This document shows, in pieces, positions 18,802 through 28,997 of a stretch of 61,670 nucleotides of DNA. A program made the translations under genes and the position numbers. Numbering within the stretch: the first letter of the stretch is position 1; each line of letters opens with the position of its first letter. The stretch comes from Candidatus Microsaccharimonas sp. (GTDB lineage Bacteria > Patescibacteriota > Saccharimonadia > Saccharimonadales > Saccharimonadaceae), in NCBI GenBank assembly GCA_050730895.1, contig JBOHNV010000001.1, positions 1 to 61,670 of the forward strand. The letters run 5' to 3'. The notes below the pieces were generated by a model, which was not told where the DNA came from, did not search any database, and saw only the letters and a program-made list of their open reading frames with translations.

Positions 18802-21732
18802 ATGAAGCTAACTACGCGAGTGAAAGAGTTCAGCAAAAAAGTAACATTAATGTCTACGGCCTTTGTATTGGCGGTAAGTACCCTTGCTGCTGCGGTACCG
18901 TTTATTGCGGCCGAGCAGGTGAGTGCTGCACCAGCTACTGGAGCACAGATTGTAACAGGCGATACTGCCCTAGGCTACAACCAACAGGGTTGGATGTTTA
19001 ACCGTGATGCAACATCTACGACTCCCATTGAGTTTGTCGCTTCAAATGCGTCAGTCGGTTCTGGATCTTTGTATGTTAAGCCAATTAGCAGCACTAGCCC
19101 TAGTGATAAGTTTATTGCTGAGAATTTCATATTTACGTCAATTAGCGACATAAACAGTATCTCGGTTGATTACAAGATGGGTCCATCGTCACACGCTCGA
19201 CAGGTTTACATGACTGTGTACGCAAATTATTCCACCTCTCCTTCAGACAAATACTATGACTGTAAGTACAATGTTGTCACCACAGGCGCAGGATCTACTG
19301 AAGCATACTCTACGCTGACCTTTAACCCTAATAGTACTTACACTGTTGTGGGCGCTGGATGTGCTGCTACGCCATCAGCTATGGGCGCCGGTGCAGTAAT
19401 ACGCGCATATTCAATTAACTTTGGTGGCACTAGCCTGAGCGACGCGGGGATGAGTGCCTACTTTGACAATGCGACAATCTCAACACTTAGCGGACTTACG
19501 ACCTATGATTTCGAAGCCACTCCCGACACTACCGCTCCTGTAATTACTATTAACGGTTCTACTTCAGCAAAAACAGCCTACGGTAAAGATTCCGTCACCC
19601 TTGCCGCGAACACCGTTCGAATTCAAGTTGCAGAAGATAACTACAACCGCACAGTAATTGAAAAGAAGGATACTCTCGGTCAATACGTTGAACGCTTTGT
19701 ATACGACGCCTCAAAGGGACAATCATTCACAATTCAGTGGCTTGATGACGGTGAATACCACGTACAAGCTTTTGACGACGCCGGCAACACTTCGAAGCGA
19801 CTTACATTCGCTCTTGATCGAACAGACCCACTTACTACTTTTGTCACACCTGGCGCCGGTGAGCTCGTAGGAAGTACCTTCGTCTTGAGCGGAGAGGCTA
19901 CCGACAACGTTGACCTCAACCGAGTATATGTTCAGCTCGTGAACCGTGACTTGAACCAGCGCATGGCAGGAAAAACTATCCAATTGGATGGAACTGCTCA
20001 AAGCTGGTCTTACGTTATAGATTCAGTTGCACAGAACCTTCCTGAGGGAACCTACGCAGCGCACGTTTCTGTTGTCGACAATGCAGGCAATACTACTAGT
20101 CAAGGTTGGTCTTCAAACTTTAAGCTCGACAAGACACTACCATCGGTATATGTTGTTGACGCAGCAAGCAAGGCGCTCGTAAAGGGCAGCGATAGCCTTA
20201 CATTACATGCAAGCGACACTCAGGGTGTAAAGCAGATTGATGCTAATATCTACCAAGATGATGCAATTGTTCGTGGTGTAAGCGTTAATGCGGCAACCGT
20301 TGCAGGTGCAACTTCATACGACAAAGTTATCTCTCTCGATGGCCTTGCCGACGGCAACTACGAGCTTCGTTTTAACGCTACCGATGTGGCTGGCAACAAA
20401 ACAACACCAAACAGTAGCCACTTCTTTACTGTAGACAATTCTGCACCAGTTGTAACGAAAGCTATTCTTAACGGAACAACTATTTCTGGTCAATACCAGC
20501 GTAACGATAACTGTGATGCAATCAACAAGCTATATCCAGTAAGCGGAACGGTTAACCTTACTTCTGTGATTGAGGATGCTAGCGGTGCAACAAGCGCCTC
20601 ATACTCAATCCGCAAACTTCTTGATAATGGCTGTACTTCTACTGCAACCTACAAGTCTGCAACTATTGCTCTGCAGCAAAGTACTAAGAACCTAAGCAAC
20701 TGGAACCAACCAGTAGGTGCGATGCTTGATACAAAAGCAGAGGGGCTTAACGGTAAGTACGCAGTTGTATTGGTTACAGAGGATGCCCTTGGTAATAAAA
20801 CAGTTAAATACATTGACCTAAACGTCGACAACACCAACCCAACAGTATCTGCGACGCTTTCAAACGATCTCATTGTCTCAGACAACGAACTTCCAACTGT
20901 CACTATTAATGCGACGGACAATGAAAGTGGCATCGACTACGTTCAATACAAGATTGTTCCTGCGGATGACAAGAGCACTACGGTTGTTGGATGGGTAACT
21001 ATCGACAACCAAGTAGCGACAACACTTGATGCTGCAGGGCTTGGCAATGGCGATTACATTGTTGTAGCGCGTGCCTTTGACAGCGCCGGTAATAAGAAGA
21101 GTGGTGCAGAAGTTGCATTTACTATCGACCGCACAATCTCAACAACAGTAAGCGTATCGAACCTTCAAAGTTCGACCCCAACTCTTAATGGTACGGCGCT
21201 TCGTGCAAACGATGATCCAGCTGTAGGTGAAGAACTAATCGTAATTGTAGATGGTGTTTCTTACCCTCCTGTAACTACATCTGCTACTGGTACGTGGGAA
21301 CTCCCACTTACAGGCGTTGCAGCGGGTAACCACGACGTCATTGTGGCTCATGCTGGTGCTGGCACAATCGTAACTACCAACTTTACGACAACACTTGCAA
21401 CTATTAACAACGAAGACCCTACCATTGAAGAAGAAGAGGAAGAAGTAGCCACGGCTACAACTACTACAAGTGGCGCGCAATTCCCATTCGCATTTGCTCA
21501 ATCAGGTGTCCTTGGCGACTCTGACCAGGCGAACGACGATGACGCTTCAAATACTGGCACGGCTGAAATCAACGGTGCATCTGACATCCTTGCTCAAGCA
21601 GTCGATGCCGACAACACTAACGGCGAAGCGCTTGGTCTTTCATGGTACTGGTGGCTCCTTATTGTAGCCGGTGGTGCAGCACTTGTTTGGTGGATCGTAG
21701 CGATGATTCGCGGACGAAACGCTCAGGCCTAA
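18802..21732 (+). CDS. Large cell-surface protein with bacterial Ig-like repeats
   Basis: Signal peptide; repeated DG.Y....A.D.AGN....F..D.T.P units; C-terminal ALGLSWYWW + TM; start at ATG 18802 after GGGAG. Confidence 0.85.
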   Translation: MKLTTRVKEFSKKVTLMSTAFVLAVSTLAAAVPFIAAEQVSAAPATGAQIVTGDTALGYNQQGWMFNRDATSTTPIEFVASNASVGSGSLYVKPISSTSPSDKFIAENFIFTSISDINSISVDYKMGPSSHARQVYMTVYANYSTSPSDKYYDCKYNVVTTGAGSTEAYSTLTFNPNSTYTVVGAGCAATPSAMGAGAVIRAYSINFGGTSLSDAGMSAYFDNATISTLSGLTTYDFEATPDTTAPVITINGSTSAKTAYGKDSVTLAANTVRIQVAEDNYNRTVIEKKDTLGQYVERFVYDASKGQSFTIQWLDDGEYHVQAFDDAGNTSKRLTFALDRTDPLTTFVTPGAGELVGSTFVLSGEATDNVDLNRVYVQLVNRDLNQRMAGKTIQLDGTAQSWSYVIDSVAQNLPEGTYAAHVSVVDNAGNTTSQGWSSNFKLDKTLPSVYVVDAASKALVKGSDSLTLHASDTQGVKQIDANIYQDDAIVRGVSVNAATVAGATSYDKVISLDGLADGNYELRFNATDVAGNKTTPNSSHFFTVDNSAPVVTKAILNGTTISGQYQRNDNCDAINKLYPVSGTVNLTSVIEDASGATSASYSIRKLLDNGCTSTATYKSATIALQQSTKNLSNWNQPVGAMLDTKAEGLNGKYAVVLVTEDALGNKTVKYIDLNVDNTNPTVSATLSNDLIVSDNELPTVTINATDNESGIDYVQYKIVPADDKSTTVVGWVTIDNQVATTLDAAGLGNGDYIVVARAFDSAGNKKSGAEVAFTIDRTISTTVSVSNLQSSTPTLNGTALRANDDPAVGEELIVIVDGVSYPPVTTSATGTWELPLTGVAAGNHDVIVAHAGAGTIVTTNFTTTLATINNEDPTIEEEEEEVATATTTTSGAQFPFAFAQSGVLGDSDQANDDDASNTGTAEINGASDILAQAVDADNTNGEALGLSWYWWLLIVAGGAALVWWIVAMIRGRNAQA

Positions 21733-21765
21733 TAACACCGTTTTAGTAAAAACGAGTTATACCAT

Positions 21766-21794
21766 AAAAGCCCTTACGTTTGTAGGGGCTTTTT
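21766..21794. terminator. Intrinsic terminator
   Basis: AAAAGCCCT...AGGGCTTTT hairpin. Confidence 0.7.
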
Positions 21795-21833
21795 GCTATA
21801 CTAACAGTAATCGTGTAAACGAAACAAAAACAC

Positions 21834-22928
21834 ATGAAAAAAACTGTAAAAACCAAGGCACCAAAGGCAGCTGTCCGTAAGACGGCTGTTTCGCGTGCTC
21901 CGGCAGCTCGCTCGAAGGCAGTAGCTTCACGGGCCGCTACAACACGTAGCAAGGCCACGGCTCGCAGTAGCGCAGTATCGTCACGCGCGAAAGCAACCAC
22001 TGCCACGCGTAAACGTACAGCAAGTACCAAGGCGCCACTACGCACACGAGCGCGAGCGCACGCGAAAACAGTCCTGGTTCCGCATAAAGAGAACGAGTAC
22101 AGGCCACACCTTATTCGTCTGCATGGCCTGGTTGCCGTGCTGGTTATTGCACTTATTGCGCAGGTTTTTTATAGCTTTGTTACAACTGGTCATTGGAGCG
22201 TACTGGGTCGCACGTCGAACATCGAAACCGCCCAGCTCCTTGCCGACACGAACGTCGAGCGTGTAGCAGCCGGAATAGGGGAGATGCAGCTCAATGAAGA
22301 TCTCAGCCAAGCGGCTTTCTTGAAGGCGCAAGATATGTTTGCCGAGCAGTACTGGGCGCACGTTTCGCCAAGTGGCACGCAGCCTTGGAAATGGTTTGGC
22401 GACGTAGGGTATAACTACAGTTTTGCCGGTGAAAACCTAGCGAAGAATTATCCAACCGCTCAGGCAACCGTAAACGCCTGGATGAATTCGCCAACACACC
22501 GCGAAAATGTATTAAATAGTAATTATATCGATGTTGGCTTTGCGGTCGTTGACGGTGAACTCAATGGGCAAAATACCACCCTTGTGGTGGCATTATACGG
22601 TGCGCCGGTAACGGTTGCGGCTGCTGTGGATGGTGCAAACGCTTCGGCACCACAACCTGGCTTCATGGCACCGGCCGTGGCATCGAACTCGGGTAACCCG
22701 TTAGCGTACTTTGGTACTGCGCTTGAAACCCTTAGTCCTGTAACGATTGCGGTACTCGGGCTACTGGCTATTGTGGCTATCGTTGGTGTTGCTGCGCATC
22801 ATTATCGTCGCAGCCTTCCAAAATCGTGGCAGCGCAGCTGGCGCCAGCACCACGGTATTTACACCTTTGTTGGAATGATTAGCCTCGGTATGGTGATTGT
22901 CATCGCTACCGGTGGCGGGCAGATTTAA
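21834..22928 (+). CDS. CAP (SCP-like) domain membrane protein with a basic low-complexity N-terminus
   Basis: TN.ER...G, A..KA.DM....YWAH.SP.G, AGENLA, AWMNSPTHRENVL. Confidence 0.88.
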   Translation: MKKTVKTKAPKAAVRKTAVSRAPAARSKAVASRAATTRSKATARSSAVSSRAKATTATRKRTASTKAPLRTRARAHAKTVLVPHKENEYRPHLIRLHGLVAVLVIALIAQVFYSFVTTGHWSVLGRTSNIETAQLLADTNVERVAAGIGEMQLNEDLSQAAFLKAQDMFAEQYWAHVSPSGTQPWKWFGDVGYNYSFAGENLAKNYPTAQATVNAWMNSPTHRENVLNSNYIDVGFAVVDGELNGQNTTLVVALYGAPVTVAAAVDGANASAPQPGFMAPAVASNSGNPLAYFGTALETLSPVTIAVLGLLAIVAIVGVAAHHYRRSLPKSWQRSWRQHHGIYTFVGMISLGMVIVIATGGGQI

Positions 22929-23230
22929 GCCTCTTCTGGAGTCTCGGCTTCAGCGGCGGCTTTTTCTCGCATAGCTTCTTCAACTTCGACATCGTCGCTG
23001 TATATTGATCCGCGTCCACCAAAGTGACTTGGCGCGAGCCATGAACCGTTCTGCAAAAGGTATACGATGTCTGATTCGGCAACAGAAGTGAGGTCGCCAT
23101 GCGCGGTAACGCCGCTTAGGGTGTAGCACCAGCCGTTTTCAAACGAACCGCCAACAATCTGACCAAAGCCGCTTTCAGCCTCGTTTTCAAAGGCAATCCA
23201 TTGGTCGGGTTTGTAGGTTGGTTCTTTCAT
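22925..23230 (-). CDS. Hypothetical protein
   Basis: AAGGA SD, plausible codon usage, convergent with the CAP gene. Confidence 0.65.
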   Translation of the reverse strand: MKEPTYKPDQWIAFENEAESGFGQIVGGSFENGWCYTLSGVTAHGDLTSVAESDIVYLLQNGSWLAPSHFGGRGSIYSDDVEVEEAMREKAAAEAETPEEA

Positions 23231-23355
23231 GTGTGTATCCTTGCGTGTTCAAAATATTCTCTTTAGAGTATACGGGCTTTTGCTGCTGTTTACAAATCGG
23301 TCCATCTCTGTTACAATTACTTACTGATTGTTAAAACAATATAAGGAAATTAAGA

Positions 23356-23664
23356 ATGACAAAAGCAGTCGTTAAGATCGGTGGACAACAGTTCGTTGTT
23401 GCCGAGAAAGAGACCCTCCTGGTGGACCTCCTCCCGGAAGGAACAAAAGAGCTCACGCTTGACGCACTGTTGGTGATTGACGGCGACAAAACTACTGTCG
23501 GCGCTCCAACGGTCAAAGACGTGAAGGTAATCGCAAAGGTTACCGAAGAAGAAGTAAAGGGCGACAAAGTCCAATACATCCGCTACAAGGCTAAAAAGCG
23601 TGTTCACAAAGTGAACGGTCACCGCCAAAAGTACTCTCGTATCGAAATTACTTCAATTAAGTAA
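23356..23664 (+). CDS. rplU: 50S ribosomal protein L21
   Basis: AVVKIGGQQF.V, KGDKV....YK.KK....GHRQ. Confidence 0.95.
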   Translation: MTKAVVKIGGQQFVVAEKETLLVDLLPEGTKELTLDALLVIDGDKTTVGAPTVKDVKVIAKVTEEEVKGDKVQYIRYKAKKRVHKVNGHRQKYSRIEITSIK

Positions 23665-23680
23665 TTCCATCATGAGTCAT

Positions 23681-23706
23681 AAAACCCCTCGCTCTGAGGG
23701 GTTTTT
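23681..23706. terminator. Intrinsic terminator after rplU
   Basis: AAAACCCCTC-GCTCT-GAGGGGTTTTT. Confidence 0.75.
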
Positions 23707-23808
23707 GTTTGGCGATTATTTGTAGGGTTCATTCAGCCAAAAACACGAGCAGTAACCTCGCAGGCGTGATATACTTATTGGTAATGAGCGAGGGTAAAAA
23801 CTAACACC

Positions 23809-24615
23809 ATGGCAACTGTTATTGCTGTTACCAACCAAAAAGGTGGAGTAGGGAAGACAACTACTTCTATTAACCTTTCCTATTTCTTGGCAAAAGCGGG
23901 TAAGCGAACCCTTTTGATCGACTTCGACCCACAGGGTAACGCCACGAGCGGCCTTGGTATCGATAAAACTGAACTTACCGCTACAATGACCGATGTTGTG
24001 AAGGGTACAACGCCGCTTGAGCAAGCAATTATTCCTACCGAACACAAAAACCTTTGGCTTGCGCCAACTACTTCTATTTTGGCTAACACCGAAGTCGAGC
24101 TCACCCAGGTAGAAAAGCGATTTTCACGCCTAAAGTTGGCTATCGACAGTATTACTGAAAGTTACGACTTTATCATTATCGACAGTCCTCCAAGCTTGAG
24201 CCTGCTCACCGTGAACGGTCTTATTTCGGCCCGCTACGTGCTATTGCCGGTACAGGCTGAGTTCTACGCACTTGAAGGCCTTGGGCAGCTGCTCGAGACC
24301 ATGAAGCTCGTTCGTAAGGGTATGAACCCAGCACTCGAGCTTCTTGGTGTGCTTCCAACTATGATGGACACCCGTACAACACTAAGCAACCAGGTACACG
24401 CCGAAATTAAGCGCCACTTTCCAGGTAAGGTGTTCGACGTCACTATTCCACGAAATATTCGCCTCGCCGAAGCGCCGAGCCACGGTATTCCTATCGGTGT
24501 CTACGACAAGTTCTCAAAGGGGTCACGCGCCTATAAAGCGCTTGCGAAAGAGGTGATTGACCGTGTCGAAAACCCACAGCCAGTAGCAACCCAGCAAGCA
24601 GGAGGACCCGCATGA
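23809..24615 (+). CDS. parA: Chromosome partitioning ATPase ParA/Soj
   Basis: NQKGGVGKTT, DFDPQGNATSGLG, DSPPSL, IPRNIRLAEAPS. Confidence 0.97.
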   Translation: MATVIAVTNQKGGVGKTTTSINLSYFLAKAGKRTLLIDFDPQGNATSGLGIDKTELTATMTDVVKGTTPLEQAIIPTEHKNLWLAPTTSILANTEVELTQVEKRFSRLKLAIDSITESYDFIIIDSPPSLSLLTVNGLISARYVLLPVQAEFYALEGLGQLLETMKLVRKGMNPALELLGVLPTMMDTRTTLSNQVHAEIKRHFPGKVFDVTIPRNIRLAEAPSHGIPIGVYDKFSKGSRAYKALAKEVIDRVENPQPVATQQAGGPA

Positions 24616-25517
24616 GTGCAGCAAAAAAAGGCCTAGGGCGTGGCTTTGAGTCGCTCATTCCAACCGATCTTATCGACGACAGTTTCGACCCGAACAGTGT
24701 GTACGACCCAACCTCGCAACAAGACGAAAAGGTAAGCCAAGAAAAAACTTTGCCGATCACCAAGTTGCAGGCCAACCCCGACCAACCGCGTCGCCACTTT
24801 GAACAAGAAGCGCTTAATGAGCTTGCTGCCTCTATTAAAGAGCACGGTCTTATTCAGCCAATTGTCGTAACGCCAAAAGACGGCGTCTATGAAATTGTAG
24901 CTGGTGAACGCCGTTACCGCGCTTCAAAAATAGCGGGCATCGAAGAAGTGCCGGTTATTATCCGTACTATGACCGACCAAAACCAGCTCGAGGTGTCGCT
25001 CATCGAAAACATTCAACGTCGTGACCTCAATAGTATTGAAACCGCCACGGCCTACGCCAAGCTACGCGATCAGTTTAATCTTACGAACGACCAAATCGCC
25101 GGGCGAGTACACAAATCTACCTCTGCCGTTATAAACACGATGCGCCTTTTGAAGCTTCCAAAAGAAGTGATTGCGCTCGTCGCTGAGGGTCAGCTTTCTG
25201 AAGGTCAGGCTCGTCCGCTTATTGGCCAAGACTCCGACCTAATTGTAAAAATTATTCCACGTATTATCGCCGAAGAGTGGAGTGCACGTAAGGTAGAGCA
25301 ATTCGTTGTGAACCTCAAGAAGGACAAACTTAACGAACTCGACGGTGCAAAAACAGCACCCGCTGCATCCGACGAACACGCCGCCGAAATCGAAACCCTC
25401 CGCACTCGCTTCGCTACTAAAGTAGACATCCGCACCAATGCTAAAGGTGCCGGCAAGATTGTGATCGGATTTAAGAATTCAGATGAATTAGAACGCATCA
25501 AGAAACTTCTCGGCTAG
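24612..25517 (+). CDS. parB: Chromosome partitioning protein ParB/Spo0J
   Basis: KGLGRG, NPDQPRR.F, IVAGERRYRA, ENIQR.DL. Confidence 0.97.
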   Translation: MSAAKKGLGRGFESLIPTDLIDDSFDPNSVYDPTSQQDEKVSQEKTLPITKLQANPDQPRRHFEQEALNELAASIKEHGLIQPIVVTPKDGVYEIVAGERRYRASKIAGIEEVPVIIRTMTDQNQLEVSLIENIQRRDLNSIETATAYAKLRDQFNLTNDQIAGRVHKSTSAVINTMRLLKLPKEVIALVAEGQLSEGQARPLIGQDSDLIVKIIPRIIAEEWSARKVEQFVVNLKKDKLNELDGAKTAPAASDEHAAEIETLRTRFATKVDIRTNAKGAGKIVIGFKNSDELERIKKLLG

Positions 25518-25639
25518 CAAAAAGCCTTCGTGATTACCTTAAAGGATACTTTCGCGTAACCAAAACCCCTAAGTCGTAGAGACCCTTAGGGGTTATTGCG
25601 TGAAGCAAGTTCCGTAAGGTAACACGAAGATTTTTTTGC
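25512..25639 (+). repeat. Structured hairpin element, copy 1 (candidate ncRNA or ssDNA motif)
   Basis: Long imperfect inverted repeat; shares invariant blocks with 41829-41952 and shows compensatory stem changes. Confidence 0.8.
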
Positions 25640-25654
25640 GCACGAAGAGCTTTG

Positions 25655-26272
25655 TTAAAACGTTCGAATCTGATTAAACGGGAAAATTCGTATACTTACC
25701 GGCCCAATAACATCGTAGAGTGGAATCGTTCCCATTCCTTCGTCGCCATTGCGGCTGTCGAATGAGAAGTTTCCTTGGCGGTGGTCACCCGATACGAATA
25801 GCTCGCCGTCGGGAACGACTTGATCGGCTTCGCCACTAGTTGGCTTGCCTGGTTCGCCATTGTTGGTGTCGTCGGGGTTAAAACCATTTGGGAATTCATC
25901 GTTAAATACAGTATAGTGGCCATTTTCAAGCAGTACACGCTCGCCAGGAAGCCCAATGACGCGTTTTACAATGTATTCATCTTCGATACCTAGGGTGTAG
26001 CGCGGGTTCTTAAATACAATAATGTCGCCACGCTCAGGGATGTACTGCTTATTTTGCACGGCCGCCCAGGTAACCGGAAGGCGATTCACAATAAGGCGGT
26101 CGCCGGTAAACATGGTGGTTTCCATACTTGGTCCAACCACATTGTAGCTACGAAAAACGTAGGTGTTAATTAAAACGGTGCCAATAATAACACAGGCCAC
26201 AAAGAGCGTAAGACTCAAAATGTCCTTTACAAATGGGTGTCGCGTAAAAAAAGAAGCTTCCATGAACTTCAT
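25655..26272 (-). CDS. lepB: Signal peptidase I
   Basis: G.SM.TT...GDR, VKRVIGLPG, GDHR...S.DSR; start may be ATG 26263. Confidence 0.95.
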   Translation of the reverse strand: MKFMEASFFTRHPFVKDILSLTLFVACVIIGTVLINTYVFRSYNVVGPSMETTMFTGDRLIVNRLPVTWAAVQNKQYIPERGDIIVFKNPRYTLGIEDEYIVKRVIGLPGERVLLENGHYTVFNDEFPNGFNPDDTNNGEPGKPTSGEADQVVPDGELFVSGDHRQGNFSFDSRNGDEGMGTIPLYDVIGPVSIRIFPFNQIRTF

Positions 26273-26434
26273 TTATTATACGGGAATAAAGGGGCAAAAG
26301 CCACTAGCAGTATATCTACTCATGCTTATAAGCAAATTCTTAGCAAGGCAGCGTATCCTTATGTATTGTTGTGCGGATAACGTCAAAAGATAAGCTTTAT
26401 GACGAATACCGCGTGCTATAATAGGACGAGTTTT

Positions 26435-28165
26435 ATGAATAACCGCAAACCATCTATAGACGGGTTTATACCCCGTAGGTCTGATAGTCAGCTTGGCGAC
26501 CGTCACCTTATTAACGCAGCAAATGCGGGTGCTAAAAAGGCACCCCAAAAACCATTACAAAGGGCTGTACGCAGGACTCCATCTCAAGCGCGTCACCAAG
26601 ATTTTCGCCGTAAAGAGCTTCGAAGTACCGACGATCTTCAGACGACACCAATTGGTGTAGCTCGCGAGGGGCGTGTTATTGGCCGCCCGGACATCGACGA
26701 ATCACTTAATAGTATTGACGAGCAAAACGACGATGGGCGACTCCATAGTCGTAAGCTTTCGCGTAAAGACCGTCGACGCCTGAAAAAAGAGAGTCGTACT
26801 CGTAAGCAAAAAATCCGTCGCCGTATTGGTTTTGGTGTTATGTGGCTCGCTATTGCTATCATTATTGCCGTTATTGGATTCTTCGTCTATAAGGCTGTTG
26901 TTGCTGGCGACAAAGTATTTCAAGGTAACATCTTCGATATTGTGCAAAATGAACCCCTTAAAGAGGACGCAAACGGGCGTAGTAACTTCTTAGTATTTGG
27001 TACCGCCGAAGACGATGAGGGCGGCGAGCACGGTGGTGCAAACCTTACCGACTCAATTATGGTGCTTAGTATCGACCAAGACAAAAAAGATGCCTACATG
27101 TTAAGTTTGCCGCGTGACCTTTGGGTAGAATACGCCATGCCAGACGGCGGTGCCTGTACTGTTGGGTATCAGGGTAAGCTCAATGCGCAGTATTTTTGTG
27201 CTTCAGATGACGGCACAAATGAAGAATCGGGTGCAAGCGCACTATCTGAAAAAGTAGGCGACATTACCGGCCTTGATATCCAGTATTACATTCACCTCAA
27301 CTTTACTGCGGTCGTTGATGCTGTCGACGCCGTTGGCGGTGTGGATGTGACGATCAATAGCGAGGACCCACGTGGTATTCTAGACCGTAACTTCGACTGG
27401 AAGTGTGGCTACCGTTGTTACTTCGTAAACTACAAAAACGGTGAGACGGTACACCTCGACGGCGAACACGCCTTGGCGCTTGCTCGTGCACGTAACGCAG
27501 CCGGGGGATACGGGTTACCAAATGGTAACTTCGACCGTGAAAAGAACCAACAGCTTATTATTAAGGCGCTTCGAGAAAAGGCCGTGAGTGCTGGAACGCT
27601 CACTAACTTAGGTGCGGTAACAGGGCTCATTGATGCGCTTGGTAACAACCTTCGAACGAATGTTCAAACAAAAGAGATTCGTACGCTTATGGACCTCGGT
27701 ACGCAAATTAAGACCGAAAGCATTATATCGCTCAGCCTAAACGACGAAGATGAGATGCTGGTAACCACCGGTAACCACAACGGGCAAAGTATTGTACGTC
27801 CGTACGCAGGGCTTATGGACTATAGCGAAATCATCGCCTATGTACAACGCGAAATTTCAAGCGATCCATTCGTAAAAGAAGAGCCAAGCGTTTCGGTCTA
27901 CAACGGAACCGAAGAAACAGGTATTGCTCAGCTCGGTGCAGATGCACTCGAGGCCAAGGGGTTCATTATTGGTGATATCGACAATGCCCCAGAGGGTACG
28001 TACGCAAAAATAGAGATCTACCAAGTAAATGCCGAAAAGACAGCGAGTGCCGCAAAGCTAGCCGAGCTCTACGGTGTGAAGCTAAAGACCACCACGCCAC
28101 CAGTAAGTGTTACAGGTGCAACCGACTTCGTAATTATTATCGGTGACTCGAGCGTTGTCCGCTAG
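26435..28165 (+). CDS. LCP (LytR-CpsA-Psr) family protein with LytR C-terminal domain
   Basis: TDSIMV, SLPRDLWV, VDAVGGV, ALALARAR, FDR..NQQ; C-terminal V.VYNGT...G.A. Confidence 0.92.
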   Translation: MNNRKPSIDGFIPRRSDSQLGDRHLINAANAGAKKAPQKPLQRAVRRTPSQARHQDFRRKELRSTDDLQTTPIGVAREGRVIGRPDIDESLNSIDEQNDDGRLHSRKLSRKDRRRLKKESRTRKQKIRRRIGFGVMWLAIAIIIAVIGFFVYKAVVAGDKVFQGNIFDIVQNEPLKEDANGRSNFLVFGTAEDDEGGEHGGANLTDSIMVLSIDQDKKDAYMLSLPRDLWVEYAMPDGGACTVGYQGKLNAQYFCASDDGTNEESGASALSEKVGDITGLDIQYYIHLNFTAVVDAVDAVGGVDVTINSEDPRGILDRNFDWKCGYRCYFVNYKNGETVHLDGEHALALARARNAAGGYGLPNGNFDREKNQQLIIKALREKAVSAGTLTNLGAVTGLIDALGNNLRTNVQTKEIRTLMDLGTQIKTESIISLSLNDEDEMLVTTGNHNGQSIVRPYAGLMDYSEIIAYVQREISSDPFVKEEPSVSVYNGTEETGIAQLGADALEAKGFIIGDIDNAPEGTYAKIEIYQVNAEKTASAAKLAELYGVKLKTTTPPVSVTGATDFVIIIGDSSVVR

Positions 28166-28193
28166 GGTCATCTGATATATACTAGAGGTACGT

Positions 28194-28994
28194 ATGGAGT
28201 TTCTTAAACTGGTCCGTAAGCGGTCGTTCCTCAGTGAATTTATCTACACCGCGCTCAACATTGCCCTCGCGGTGGGTGTGCTACTTATTGTGCTGTACAC
28301 CGAAGCGATTTGGCTTGCGATCGTATTAGTCCTCTTGAGTAAGTGGCGCGTATTTGCGGTACGTCCGCGCTATTGGTGGGCAAACCTTCGTTCTAACACC
28401 GTCGACTTTATTGTCAGTATTAGCGTGGTGCTACACATGTACACCATTAATATGACGACCATCGAAGAGGGTGCGAAGCTCTTGCTTCTTATAGGCCTTA
28501 CCGCGCTCTATATCGGCTGGCTTTTGTTTGTAAAGCCGCGCTCGAAACGCTCGTTTGTGGCAGCACAGGCGGGGATCGCTGTGTTCCTCGGTATTTCAGC
28601 GTTATTTACTATCTCGTACAACTGGCCGGTTTCAATTGTCGTTATCGGTGCCTGGCTAATCGGTTATGCCTCGGCACGCCATATTCTTAGCTCGTACGAC
28701 GACGAAACGCATGCCTTGTTCCTGGGTCTTGTATGGGGGCTTGTCATTGCCGAGATCTCTTGGGTATCGTACCACTGGTCAATCGCGTATCCACTTCCGG
28801 TATTCCCAAGTCTTATGCTCCCGCAAGCGGCACTGACAATTACACTTCTTAGCTTCTTGGCATATAAGGTGTACCAATCGTTCTACCAGCATTCAAAAAT
28901 TCGTATGAATGATATTTTGTTGCCGTTGCTATTTACGCTGAGCGTATTGCTTGTGCTGCTGGTGGTATTCAACCGCGTCGGTACGGCTATTTAG
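28194..28994 (+). CDS. Multi-pass membrane hypothetical protein
   Basis: About 8-9 hydrophobic segments; GAGG SD. Confidence 0.8.
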   Translation: MEFLKLVRKRSFLSEFIYTALNIALAVGVLLIVLYTEAIWLAIVLVLLSKWRVFAVRPRYWWANLRSNTVDFIVSISVVLHMYTINMTTIEEGAKLLLLIGLTALYIGWLLFVKPRSKRSFVAAQAGIAVFLGISALFTISYNWPVSIVVIGAWLIGYASARHILSSYDDETHALFLGLVWGLVIAEISWVSYHWSIAYPLPVFPSLMLPQAALTITLLSFLAYKVYQSFYQHSKIRMNDILLPLLFTLSVLLVLLVVFNRVGTAI

Positions 28995-28997
28995 TAG

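Noticed and set aside
25549..25605. TTTCGCGTAA/TTGCGTGAAG next to parB as a parS site
   Set aside because: Poor match to the 16-bp palindrome TGTTTCACGTGAAACA; better explained as arms of the hairpin element, which also occurs away from parB
25512..25661. Hairpin elements as integron attC sites
   Set aside because: No proper RYYYAAC/GTTRRRY boxes, flanking genes are housekeeping, and no integrase is in the window
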